Shown in pieces: positions 12,249 through 25,247 of a stretch of 64,000 bases of DNA. Source of the DNA: Octopus vulgaris (Eukaryota). A program made the position numbers and the translations under genes. Positions within the stretch are counted from its first letter, which is position 1. The number at the start of each line of letters is the position of its first letter. The notes beneath the pieces were generated by a model. It made no database searches and was not told the origin of the DNA. It saw only the letters and a list, made by a program, of their open reading frames with translations. The stretch lies in contig OX597815.1 of NCBI GenBank assembly GCA_951406725.2, forward strand, positions 55,800,001 to 55,864,000, given 5' to 3'.

Positions 12249-15185
12249 TTTATAGGATCATTCTTAAAGTGGTTTCGTCACTTACGCGTACCATCTTTGC
12301 TACATTCACCCACCTTTTATTGAAACTTTTATGCGACAAAACTTCCCTCTCTATTCTCACCTTCCTTTTCAAGTGGCACTTGAAAAGTTGATGAGCGATT
12401 GGCCAGAGAGGAAAGTGTTTGTCTCTAGACCTTTCGCACGAGCCCACCACACACATTCTTTCACAATAGCCACCAGTGCAATGAAAACTACCTTGCCTTC
12501 CCGGTTAAAGGAAGGTGGCGGGGCAATATTCACGATAGACTCGGCCGATAACCGAATTCATCCTATACGTGACAGCAGCCGTTCGACATAAGCCCACAGG
12601 TCTGAAATGGTTGGACACTGCGCGAATGCGTGCAGAACGGTTTCGTCGCTCTGACCGCATCTCGGGCAAGTCAATCCGATGTACCTGGAACCGTACCTGT
12701 AGAGCTTATCCCGAACGGGCAATGCTTTCCGATAGCACTGCCAGGCCAGGGATCTCTGATGATTGTCCATAGGTCCCGGCCAAAAAGTTGTCCTCAAGAG
12801 GCGAGTCAGGTGTTCGCCGTCGATACCCAAATACTCCCAAGAACGTCGTCGCACCTTACCTCCATTAATCCTCTATAGAACGCCTTCATGGAATTGAAGT
12901 TGCACAAGTCTGGTCCCGGACAGCAGAGTTGCTTGAGAGCAAAGCGGCATTCGCGGTGTCATTCTCTGTTTGATCTATGACTGCAGTTCGGCCAAAGAGA
13001 CGAGCTGCGGGAAGCGCGCCTCACAAACGGCAACCTGTCATCTATGAAGTGCTGGAGATGTCGCAGTCTCAAGGCATGTCTGCATATCATCAACCACGGC
13101 ATGCCCAGCCCTCCATTTAGCGGGTGTTGATAGCAAATGGATCACCTAACTATGATAATGCTTCCCTTCCACAAAAAGCGAAATAGCATGCGTTCCAGCT
13201 TGATGATGCTAGGGTGGAGACAAGATACGACGGTCAGGCGGTTATAGATGACGGACACGATGTACGTGTTCGCTACCTCTGCCCGACCTTTTAGGGATAG
13301 CTTTCTCTCGGCCCATTGCTAGGTAAGAGTGGCCATCCTACTCGTTATCTCGTCCCAGTTCTCCATTTGGAGGTCCGGTCCGAACCAGAACCCGAGCAAA
13401 TTAACCGGTCTGTCGGTCCAGTGTCCCACGATGGAGACGCTGTTGGACGGCATGGGCCTGCCTCTCCAGGTACCGAGCCGCAAGCCCACTGACTTTTCCG
13501 AGTTAATTTTCGCTCTCGTTATCGCTTCGTATTCTTTTAGTGTCTCGCCGAACAGTTCAATATGCCTGTGGATCGACACTATGACGGTGACGTCGTCCGT
13601 GTAGGCAGACACGTTTCTCTCGCATCCCAGTTCTCGCGGGATGCCCCTCGGTGTCACCAGCTTCGGCAGTAGTGGCTCTAGAGTCAATACCTACAGAAGC
13701 GACGAGAGGGAACATCCTTGACAGACCGAACGCATGATGTTAAATGGTCTGGATAGATGACCATTTACGCGAACTACCGAGCGGATGCCGCTGTATAAGG
13801 CAGTGATCCAACCGCGGAAGACGGGACCGAAACTAGCCGCTCTAAAGGCAGCCTCCAAGTAGCGATGGTCGACCCTACCAAAAGCTTTCGATTCATCCAA
13901 ATTGTTCAGCACCCCAACCATGCCATGTTCCTTAACTATCTTGTCAATGATGTAACGCATCAGATGGAGTTTGTCATGGCTACACCTGCTAGGTATGGCG
14001 CATGTTTGCGCCTTGTCGACCAGTTTCTTGATAGGAAGCGCCAACCTCCTGGCTAGCACCTTGGCTAAAATCTTCAAATCTGCGTTGAGCAGAGTGATGG
14101 GCCTGAAGTTATCTATGCCGTTCCCCTTGTTTGGATCTTTCTTTAGCAGTTTTGGCTCACAAAACTGGGGATACTCCCGTTTTGCTGTCAGTTGCAGTAG
14201 ACTGCTGCCAAGACACCTCCAAACAAGTCAGGCATATGACAATAAAGCTCGTAGGGCAGACCATCCAAGCCTGGCAACTTGTCTCCTGCGCAGCCTGCCA
14301 TCGCATCCCGTACGTCCGCGGCTGTGATGGGTCTTTCACAACACTCCGCCTCTCTTGCCGAGAGTCGTGGCAGGCCATGCACATATGCACTAAAGTCCAC
14401 GCTGCGTTCTGACCAACCACTTGTCCCGAACAGTCGGGAAAAGTGCTGTTGAAAGGCCTCCCACATCCTTTCGGGCTCGAGTAATTCGCGCCCCTGTCCA
14501 TCTGTCAGAGACCTAATGGTGTCTTTGTTGCCTCGTTGCGCCTCCACCACTCGGGCCTCTAGGGCGACTCCAATTCCTTTGTTTCTCAGAGTATGCATCC
14601 TAGCTCTGACAACGCATCCTTAGTGTTTGGCGTTGAAGTATTGGTCGTGGGCCAACCTCGCCGCTAGCACGTTGGACGCGATGCCATGTTTATGTGCCTC
14701 TTCAAATTTCTGAACTAAGCCTTTCTCTATTCAATTTCGATCTATCGCTAGAGCCTTACTATACCTAACCGATTCCGCTTTAATCGCTTTCTTTAGGGCA
14801 TACCACCATCTATTGTTGATGATGGCGCCCGTCAATATCCTCTTAACTAATGTGCTAATCCGGTCTCTGTAAGCCTGGCGCGCCGTGAGCGACGCGTTCA
14901 GTTTCCAATAGCCGGGACGCTGCCTATGGTTCGTGTACAAGTCACAAATTTGTGATCTATGTAGCTGACTATATGGAATTGTGGACAACCTACACTATCC
15001 CTACCCGCTGTCCTCTATCTAAATACGACCTGGACGACTCGATACTTTTGCTCTGTGTCCACATTGGCACATTCGGGCGGTCCAGTCGGTACCTGTCAGA
15101 CAGTTGGGAACGTCTGAGCAGGTCTTAGAGGCATTTACATCTCCTCCTATTCCTATCTCTACCCACATAGTCTACATAGGGTCAT
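11960..15185 (-). mobile_element. Tx1/L1-clade non-LTR retrotransposon ORF2 (APE C-terminus, RT, zf-RVT) plus 3' UTR, disrupted
   Basis: SRSYLD, GYWKLNASL, PGLDGLPYELY, KILAKVLARRL, QGCSLS, SAYTDD and CPRCGQSDETVLHAFAQC; AATAAA then (TATC)n at the 3' end. Confidence 0.9.
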
Positions 15186-15257
15186 TTGCCAATCCCAGCA
15201 ACCGCCAACAACATCAACAACAACGCACTCACAAATTGATCCCAATAGCCTTCCCCT

Positions 15258-15470
15258 CTTTTTCGGAAGAACCTAGGCCTCAAAGTAAGAGCAATATTCC
15301 TAGACCTGGAGGGTAGGCTCGTCGTCTTGGATGTCGATGGCAGTAATGCGCTTTTCGACTGATAACAGTTTATACACCGTCCTTAACAGGTTGGCCGGGT
15401 TTCTTACGATGTCTAGAGGTTTTCTTGGGAACGTCTCGACCTTTACTTTTAGTGGGGGATTAGAACGCTA
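15258..15470 (+). mobile_element. Inverted endonuclease fragment of the same Tx1-like family
   Basis: Translates as LGLKVRAIFLDLEGRLVVLDV...LLLVGD*NA; its first ~90 bp duplicate 16112-16203. Confidence 0.8.
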
Positions 15471-16437
<967 letters not shown>

Positions 16438-16449
16438 AGGATTATATAT

Positions 16450-17040
16450 CTGTGAAATGTTCCCTTAAATTTTCCATTAATGAAATTGGAGAAGAGTATT
16501 TACAGCAGTGTAATGAACCCACATGCTGGCAGATTAATGCTTTGTCTACTACTGCAAAGCAGTCCATGAATGACATTCAAAAAGTGAACAAAACTGAAAC
16601 AACAAAGAAAATACCATCATGGGTTTTGAAGACAGAGAAAAAGATAGCTGATTTACGAAAGACCATCAGTCATGTGATGATGCTTACTGCGTGCAAAAAA
16701 AGCAAATCACTATATGTCTCACCAAGAAAAAGTGTAGAAAGAGATAGAAATGATGTATGAAAACAGCAAAAAGAGGACACTCACTTACAAACTGATCACA
16801 AACTGATCACAGCTAAAAGTTGTCAATGAGGAACTCCGAAAACAGAAGTGAATAACCGAGAGAAAAACAATAAACAAAAAATTTAACCGAACCAGGTAAC
16901 AGTATACAGCGACATGAGAGGAGAAGCAGTGAACATCACATAAGCTTCTTCACGAGAAGACAGACTCCTTCTGGAGGAAAATCTGGAATGAAATGGAATA
17001 TAACCAAGATGCTCTGTGGTTAGATGAACATCACAGATCC
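16450..17040 (+). mobile_element. R4/Dong-like non-LTR retrotransposon fragment, pre-RT region
   Basis: PSWVLKTEKKIADLRK and downstream [19 protein letters not shown] match motifs upstream of the RT in R4/Dong ORFs. Confidence 0.6.
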
Positions 17041-17043
17041 TTC

Positions 17044-17074
<31 letters not shown>

Positions 17075-17114
17075 TGTATGTATGTATGTATGTATGTATG
17101 TATGTATGTATGTA

Positions 17115-18400
17115 TCAGGCTGAGTAAAAAGCAAGCAACGTTTTGAAACATGTAATTCATCAATATATTTCAACAATGCCGACATTTTATTCATCAAAGA
17201 AAGTACCATTACAATCAACACCTTTTTACCAATGAGTTACAAGTCTGTTTATTCCGGTAACATAAAAATCTGGAGTTCTGGAGCTGATGAACTCTTTGAA
17301 TGCACTTTCAGCATCGGTTTGATTTTTGAACTCCTTTTCTCGCAGAAAACCTTCAAGGTGCTTGAAAAAGTAGTAGTTGGAAGGAAAAAGATCCGGGAAT
17401 AAGCTGGGTGGGGAAGAATTTCGTAGCCGAGTTCCCTCAACTTCTGGAGCGTCATTAGTGAAACGTGTGGTTTAGTATTGTTATGAAGAATGGTTGGCCC
17501 TATTCTGTTGACCAGTCTGGGACGGAAGAGTAACAGTTTTTCGATCATTTTGGCAATTTCATAGCAATATGTTTCTGCAGTAATGGTTTTTCAGGGTTTT
17601 AAGAAGTCATACTGGATGAGTCCAACAGTACACTATCAAACAGTCGCCATAACCTTCTTTTTGAAGAGGTTGGGTTTAGAGAAGGTTTTCGGTGCTTTAT
17701 TTTGGTCCAACCACTGCGAAGAACGTTTTTTTTCCTTATTGTACTGAATCTACTTTTCATCGCAAGTTATCGAGAAATGGATCGGTCTGGTTACGGAAAA
17801 GCGACGAGCAAATTTCATATTTTTTTTATTTACTGACTTTCATTCGAATCGTGTGGTACCCATTTGTCGAGCTTTTTTGATTACCCAATCGCATGCAAAC
17901 GGTTGCAGGGAGTTTTCTGGCTAACTTGAAGTTCTTTTTTACCAGTTCTCGAGTAGTTTTGCGTGGATCTTTCTCAATGATGGTTTTTAATTGGCCGTCA
18001 TCGATGACAGATGGGCGTCCACTACGGTCACGATCTTCAAAGCTCAGGTCTCCACTGCGAAATCGTTCAAACCATTTTCGAGCTGACCACTCACTGATCA
18101 TTTCCTCACCAAATGTTACATTGATATTGCAAGCAGTTTTAGCTGCTTTATGTCTTTTTTTGAAGTTAAATAGCAAAATTGCTCGAATATCGCGTTTTGA
18201 TAGTACCATTTAAGATGATTATAACAACAGGGAAAAATATCAATGTTAATTTATTGATGCATTTGGGCAAGTCTATGTCTGTATTATCAGACAATTGCAA
18301 AAAATGTTTTAAGCCCCCCTCCAAAAAAAAAAACTCTGCAAAAATCCGGTACAAATTCTTTATGGTTCAAAACGTTGCTTACTTTTTACTCAACTTTTGA
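17115..18400 (-). mobile_element. mariner DNA transposon, ~1.29 kb, defective
   Basis: TIRs tcaggctgagtaaaaagcaagcaacgttttgaa / ttcaaaacgttgcttactttttactcaacttttga, TA flanks, typical mariner size. Confidence 0.93.
17190..18209 (-). pseudogene. mariner (DD34D-type) transposase, frameshifted
   Basis: HTH WFERFRSGDLSFEDRDRSGRP, WVPH motif, LHNNTKPH and ILPHPAYS. Confidence 0.9.
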
Positions 18401-18619
18401 TATATATATACACACACGCGCGCGTTAATTATCGGACGATGTGAATGAGTGCTCAACACCGCATTGGAAGGTAAAGATTCTTTATTTGTGTATTAAGGTT
18501 ACCATTGGCTTCATGTTAAGAAAATATCTCCACAATTCTTCAAGCCGATCACATAGAAAAATTGGTGTTCATTTCCAAAGTAAAAACAAATGGCGTTCAA
18601 AATTTACGACAGCTGTATC

Positions 18620-18848
18620 GGTAGAATTTTATTTAATGCAGTCATAAAATTTTACATCATAATAGACACTCCACCATCATCAGGTAAAATTTTAAACAGG
18701 CAAGATTTTAACCATCTGCTAACCAAGCTAAAGTTGGCTATGTCCGGCTCAGGCTTAAAATCTTACTAGTTTAAAATTTTACCTGATGATAGTGTATTGT
18801 ATGTTATGATGTAATCTTTTATGACTGAATTAGATAAAATTCAACTGC
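18620..18848. repeat. Imperfect inverted repeat with ~90 bp arms
   Basis: cagtcataaaa...atcatcaggtaaaattttaaac versus gtttaaaattttacctgatgat...ttttatgactg. Confidence 0.75.
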
Positions 18849-19030
18849 TATTTGAGTTTACTTTTTATGCGTACGCTACACCAACGACAAACCTCTGAGT
18901 CGAATCTATAGCTATAAATTAGATCTGGTACTTGCATATCAACGGCATCGTGCCACCACCACCACCACCACCACCACACACACACAAACACATCCACACG
19001 CACATATATATATACTTTACATATATATAC

Positions 19031-19536
19031 TTTTTTCGCGAAAAAAAATTTATCCTACATTAGTTATAAATTGAATATTGTTCACTTCCGGATTCTGTCA
19101 CTCTGTGAAAGTTTCTAGTTCGAATCACACGTGTCTCGAGATGTGCCGAAGATTTTCTATTTTGGATATATTTGGGGTACTTAGGTCTGCTCGGGACTTG
19201 GTGCTTGCTTTTTCCGTAGGTATGAATAAGTATTTCACTTATATCTCAAGTATTTGCCGCTGAAGAGGGGAACATTCTATGAATTAACCCCGAAATTGGA
19301 CCAATACGGTGATAAATAATTTTTTAGAAATTTCTATCGGTTTGTTTCGAGACGCATAAATTATAATGGTTATTTGACAATTTTTGTCTTTCTTTCGGCA
19401 TATTTGGCATTAGAATTTTTTTTTTGCCCTTATTTTGTAAATTGTTTATAAATTTAACCTTTAAAGGTATTTTTTGATATGCTGGCCATTGATTAAAATT
19501 TTTTCCCGAAAAAATTTTTATCCTACATTAGTTATA
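19031..19536 (+). mobile_element. Retrozyme-like unit (~468 nt) with ~38 bp terminal redundancy and a central HHR
   Basis: Direct repeat ...gaaaaaa..tttatcctacattagttata at 19031-19068 and 19499-19536; flanked by (TA)n. Confidence 0.65.
19251..19318 (+). ncRNA. Type I hammerhead ribozyme, canonical core
   Basis: Stem I ttgccg/cggtga, CTGAAGA, stem II gggg/cccc, GAAA, stem III attgg-a-ccaat, triplet AUA. Confidence 0.85.
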
Positions 19537-19544
19537 TATATATA

Positions 19545-21581
19545 TAATCAAAATAAGCAACAGGATATCAAGTAGTGATGCAGTACCACCGTTTAAAGTG
19601 GCTCCATTTAATTGAACAATGCAATCATTACATCAATTTAAATGCCATCTTCAGATGCACAAATAAATATATAGGATTTTAACCAGTAGGACACATTAAT
19701 ATGATTTTTCTCAAATATTTTAATAGAGCAAGAAGATGAAGAAATTCATGTTGTCGCTATTATAGCTAAGAATAGACTACACTTCCAAGAATCGCATGAA
19801 GCCTATTGGGATCATAGTATCGTAAGGGATTGTAATTAGTTTCTAATTTACTTTTCTCTTTATCAACTACTAAATCTAAGACCAGAAGACTGTGTCTGTT
19901 TTGAATAAAGGACAAGAGTGAGTTAAAAGCTCATGACTAGGTATGGTCATACATATTATCATATATATCCCTTTTCCTCAGGGAGGAAAGAAGATATTAG
20001 GAATAGTCAATTGGATATAAGTGTCTATAAAAAGATGTGTAGGGGAATACTTTAAACAATGATGTTAATTACCAGTTAAAAGGGCAAGACGCTAAGAAAC
20101 CTAAGATGTTAATACAGAGGAAATTTTATTTTGGAGCACTATGGGTGATTGCTTATAAACAATATTGTTATATCGTATAAAAATAACATTTAAGATTTTA
20201 AAAAAAACATCATAACCAAAATAGGTAAAATATTAAAAAAGAAAGATTACATAGAATCAGTTTAACATTCATTCATGTACATAATTACTTATTCGACAGT
20301 TTCTATAAAGGCTGCTCAGGGCATTTACTTATGGAATAACTGGAAAGATAAACATGCTATCTATTATTATTAATCAGAAAAATGTAAAGATGCATGCAGA
20401 TACACATTTATATATATACATACTCAAATATTTATACGTTTATATGGATATAGTATAACCATCTCGCATAGACTTAAGTAACTGAAAAATATCTAAGAAC
20501 AAGGAAAGTAACAATTTATAAGGGAGAAGATGTTAATAGATAAGGATATCAAAATAAGAAAACAAAATAAGAATCTATAGAAAATAATAAGAAATACATA
20601 TGATCTACATTCAAAGAGACGGTGGATTAAAATTTGAGGTAGGGAAGAGATAAAGGTAACCTGAAAAGAGGTATGGAAGTAATGAGGGCAGTTAAAGATA
20701 TTCAGACCGAAGAGATTTTCTAAGTTGTAATGTTACAGGTGCTATTGTATGTATGATTTTATAGTTTCTATGGCATATGTAATTTAGTCGAAAGAAGACT
20801 TACTTACATAAAGTTACTACAAATATATATAATATAATTAGTAGGGTAGAACATCATAGAAAGGAAAATAGGGTAATCACCAAAATAGGATGAAGTCAGA
20901 CTAACTAGGCAGGGGTTATCATGGTATAGTATTATATATAGCACACTACATACCATAAACATATAGCTTATAACATATGCAATGAAATTTAATTCACCAT
21001 ATCACCATATCCCATGATTTTATTATATTTTATGCTAGAGGGTAAGTTTACAACGGATACGACATTAATTTCCACCATCAAAGTTCAAGTATGGCACCTA
21101 TAATCGTTAGTTTCGAAAATACTTAAATGTTTGGGTGACGCTATGCATGCATGATACCCTTAGGTCTAATCTATCATTAATTAGGTTTCCTTGTCCCTAT
21201 ACTTAAAAATCTCATAAGTTTTCATAGAGCACAGCTCATCCATATCTCTATAAGGCTGCGCTCTCCGTATTATATCCAATTCAAGACTAAATTTAATCCC
21301 GCTTTCCTTCAGTTCCCAAATCTTGCTAGATAAGGACGTACAATTGGCTAAAAGATGAAAAAATGGTTATTGATACGTTCTTTCATATTTATTGAACATC
21401 CTATATATATAAAGTTACCAGCATCAGTTACAATTGTACATTTACAAATTACGTTTTCGATTAGACATCGGCCTAATAACAGACAGTAAGATTGAACTAT
21501 AAAATTGCAACCAGGAGTATTACTACTATTAATATTGTTATTGTTATTTTCATTATCATTATTATTCTTACTACTACAACA

Positions 21582-21651
<70 letters not shown>

Positions 21652-21940
21652 TAATCTGCGTTATTTTTATTATTTCTGTTATTATTTATACTTCCTTCAA
21701 ATGTTGTATCATTTAAATTCACCTCAGTATCAACAGGCATTGTATTAGTAATCCCTGTGCTAGTATAAACTTCGGAGTTACAGTCTATATTGTACATATT
21801 AGATGTGTTAGTACTGTTGTTTCTAATTCTTACATCTTCATTAATATTATTCTCATTGTAGGGGTTTAAACTAGTGTTGACAATATTATTATTATTAACT
21901 GCTCTTGCATGTATATATAAGTATGTACATCTACACATAT
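19545..21940 (-). mobile_element. Penelope-like element 3' portion: GIY-YIG, long AT-rich tail and degenerate HHR
   Basis: CLLLGRCLIENVICKCTIV...FIYIGCSINMKERINNH at 21350-21510; HHR-like motif at 19578-19660. Continuity of the intervening AT-rich DNA is inferred. Confidence 0.6.
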
Positions 21941-21944
21941 ATAT

Positions 21945-22670
21945 GCTAGCATCCCTGGACTTAATAATAACACGCACCAAATATGGATTCAGGACATCCG
22001 TATACCGCAAGCCGACCTTCACTGGATGATACCTTAACTTCAATTCCCACCATCCATACGGTGTAAAGAGAGGAATTGCTCAGTGCCTAAAACATCGAGC
22101 AAAGAATATAAGTAGCGAGCGTGATACCCACCACGAAGAAATAATCAAGTTCAGTAACAATCTATTAAGCAGCAACTACTCCAAAAACATACTATCTACT
22201 CCAATTATGAAGAAAAGAGAGGATAAAACCTATAAACTGTCTACAGTCTATCTATCCTATATGAAAGAACTCTCCGAAAAGATACAAAAGATATGCGGCC
22301 CATATGACATCAGGACAGTATTCAAGAGTAATACAACACTTTGCAAATATCTCCTTCGGGTAAAACCACCAATAGAAGAGAATATGACCAAAAACTGTGT
22401 GTACTCCATCCCATGCAGCTGTGGTAGGTTATACAAAGGAGAAACATGCCACCCCCTCAAAATAAGAGTAGAGGAACATCGCAAAGCTATGACATGAGGA
22501 GATATTGAAAAATCGGGTATAGCTGGGGAGGAAGTTTGGAAAATATGAAAACTAAAAGAAGCAGGACACAACAACCTCCTAAGCAGATCAAGTGCAGATA
22601 TGAATGGCATATGGGAAGCGGTATTAAGGAAGGATAGGAAAATATTAGATTTACAAGCCCTAAAATTCAC
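21945..22670 (+). mobile_element. Penelope-like element fragment: RT thumb plus GIY-YIG endonuclease
   Basis: TSVYRKPTFTG*YLNFNSHHP and NCVYSIPCSCGRLYKGETCHPLKIRVEEH. Confidence 0.88.
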
Positions 22671-22678
22671 TCCATAAT

Positions 22679-22766
22679 TGGCGTAGTGGTTAAGATCGCG
22701 GGCTACTAACCGAGTTCTTTTGGTCGAGTTCGATTCCAGGCAGTGACCTGAATAATAGTAATAACG

Positions 22767-22839
<73 letters not shown>

Positions 22840-22997
22840 CAACAACAACAACATCGAAAAAGACCTTAGGAATGAGAACCCAGGTTCGAAATTTCCCCAA
22901 GACACCTGATGAAGGCTGGAGGGTATATCAGCCGAAACGTTGTGTTAATAACAAACAATATGAGGACAAATATTCGTCAAATGTAAATAATGTAAAT
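22679..22997 (+). mobile_element. tRNA-derived SINE with (AAT)n and 3' hammerhead ribozyme, copy 2
   Basis: Box A TGGCGTAGTGG, box B GTTCGATTCC, (AAT)n, and a body matching 5476-5620. Confidence 0.8.
22901..22946 (+). ncRNA. Minimal type I hammerhead ribozyme
   Basis: gacac CTGATGA a ggctg gagggtatat cagcc GAAAC GTT gtgtt; differs from copy 1 at a single loop II position. Confidence 0.8.
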
Positions 22998-23044
22998 ATG
23001 TATGTATATATTTGTGTATTTATATATGTGTGTATGTGTGTGTT

Positions 23045-23232
23045 TGTACCCCCCACCATCGCTTGACAACCGATGTTGCTGTGTTTCCGTACCCGTAACG
23101 TAGCCGTTTGGCAGAACACACTGATAGAATAAGTGCTAGGCTTACAAAGAATAAATCCTGGGGTTGATTTCTTCGACTAAAGGTGGTGCTGCAGCATGGC
23201 CGCATTCACATGACTGAAACAAGTAAAACAAT
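23045..23232 (+). mobile_element. SINE 3' half
   Basis: Homologous to 55225-55416 (gcttgacaaccgatg...gatagaataagt...cagcatggccgca...tgactgaaacaagtaaaa). Confidence 0.75.
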
Positions 23233-23288
23233 AAAAAAAACTATGCCAGTTTCATCCCGATCAACGCCGCGTATCCCTGGTAGTATAT

Positions 23289-23410
<122 letters not shown>

Positions 23411-23690
23411 TACAAAGTAAGATAGGGGTTATGAAAGTAACCCACTATGGAAAATCAGTTATCCAATATACTGCTGGTAAAGTACCCAAATACTAAATAC
23501 ATAAATGCAATGCAATTAATTCATTTATTGTATTGAATGGGTGAAGGTAAAAAATATTTTACCGTAAATTCATAATACAAATAAGAAAATGAAGAAACAA
23601 ATTCATTTCGATCATCAAATTACGGATATTACAATTTCACATTATTAATTATACAAATGGGAACATGAAAATCGAACAAAACAATGTACA

Positions 23691-24582
23691 TCTATATATA
23701 TAAAACTGTAGTTGTGTGAGTGTCTGTCTCCTACGATTTAGATTCCTAACTACTCCCACATTTTGCGGTGCAGTTTCACCAAATTCGGGTATCTTATAGT
23801 CGTGATTCATATCGAGCCCGTCTGGGTATTAGAGCGCGTCTACGATGAGTCTACGATTTTAAAAATAATTTACCATAATTTTTTTTATTTTAACGCATAT
23901 TTTTTAAATAAAGGGAAGGCGGCGGAGTTGGCGTCCATGCTCACACCTGCACCTGTGTTGCTTCTCCCCCTTCTTCCCTCCCTCGTGAAGCTGTAGGGAA
24001 GGGAGTGTAAGGAAATCAACGTCGTAAAGCGTTGTCAAGGAGACCAGCGTTCTTTTAGAACAACGACTTCATGGTTTGAAGTCGCCAAAACAGAAATCGC
24101 TAAATAAGCTGAAACAGATCCACAAAAACGGCAAAAACCGCCACACAGGGCATGTTTCCTGTGCAAACAATTTGCACAACCAAATGTTTTACTTGTTGCA
24201 CAAATCTTTATATATAAAAGTGAAGTTGTGTGTCTGTCTCCTACGATTTAGATTCCTAACTACTCCCACATTTTGCGGTGCAGTATCTTATAGTCGTGAT
24301 TCATATCGAGCCCTTCTGGGTATTAGCGCGCGTCTACGATGAGTCTACGATTTAAAAAAAAATTACCATCATTTTTTCCATTTTAATGCATTTTTCGCTA
24401 TTATATAAGGGAAGTAACTCTCTAAAAATGTCTACGATGAGTCAACGATTTAAAAAAAATTTACTACCATTTTTTATTCCATTTTAATGCATTTTTTTGC
24501 TATTTTTTTGCTATAACTCTCTAAAAATGCTTATATAGTTATTTCCCTTACAAACCCGAGCAACGCCGGGCGATACTGCTAG
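23691..24582 (+). mobile_element. Non-autonomous Helitron with a duplicated 5' end (second TC start at 24205)
   Basis: 5' TCTATATATATAAAA, subterminal hairpin cccgagcaacgccggg (24555-24570), 3' CTAG, inserted between A and T without TSD. Confidence 0.9.
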
Positions 24583-24629
24583 TCAATATATAAAATAAAA
24601 ATAAAAGTAAAAATAATACAAATAAACTG

Positions 24630-24762
24630 CTCCTTACAGCTGTTTCGGCTTATAGTCAAAAGTCAATTCAACTTAAATTGCCTATAGATGCCATTGTAAT
24701 ATAGTCCTAGGCATTAAATATTTTATTTGTATGTTTAAATAACCAAAGTCCTCGTCAGAGGA
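24630..24762 (-). ncRNA. Type I hammerhead ribozyme with a ~100 nt stem II insertion
   Basis: Minus strand: tcct CTGACGA gg...cc GAAAC agct GTA agga, with palindromic stem III acagctgt. Confidence 0.65.
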
Positions 24763-25147
24763 TATACATAACTTGAAAAGTATAATAATAATATTGATAT
24801 ATAAAAAACATGCTTCACTTACTATCCAATAAAAACAAGAAAATAAATAGTAAGACAAATATTCAAAATACATATATATATATACATAAACACATATATA
24901 CATATAAAATATACAAATATACATACATAGGCAAATCGTACATATTAATCACATGTGCAAAAAACATAAAGAACAACATTGAACAGTATATCACATTACA
25001 TTAGATTATTATGCTTCGTATAGTTCAGTAAATGGATTATAACGTAATATACTACCACTTTTAACAATACCAACAGTAATGCTGTTTTAACGGTAATACT
25101 AAACAAAGTAACAAAAATTCATGAAGCAAAGTACCAAGTATAAATGT

Positions 25148-25247
<100 letters not shown>

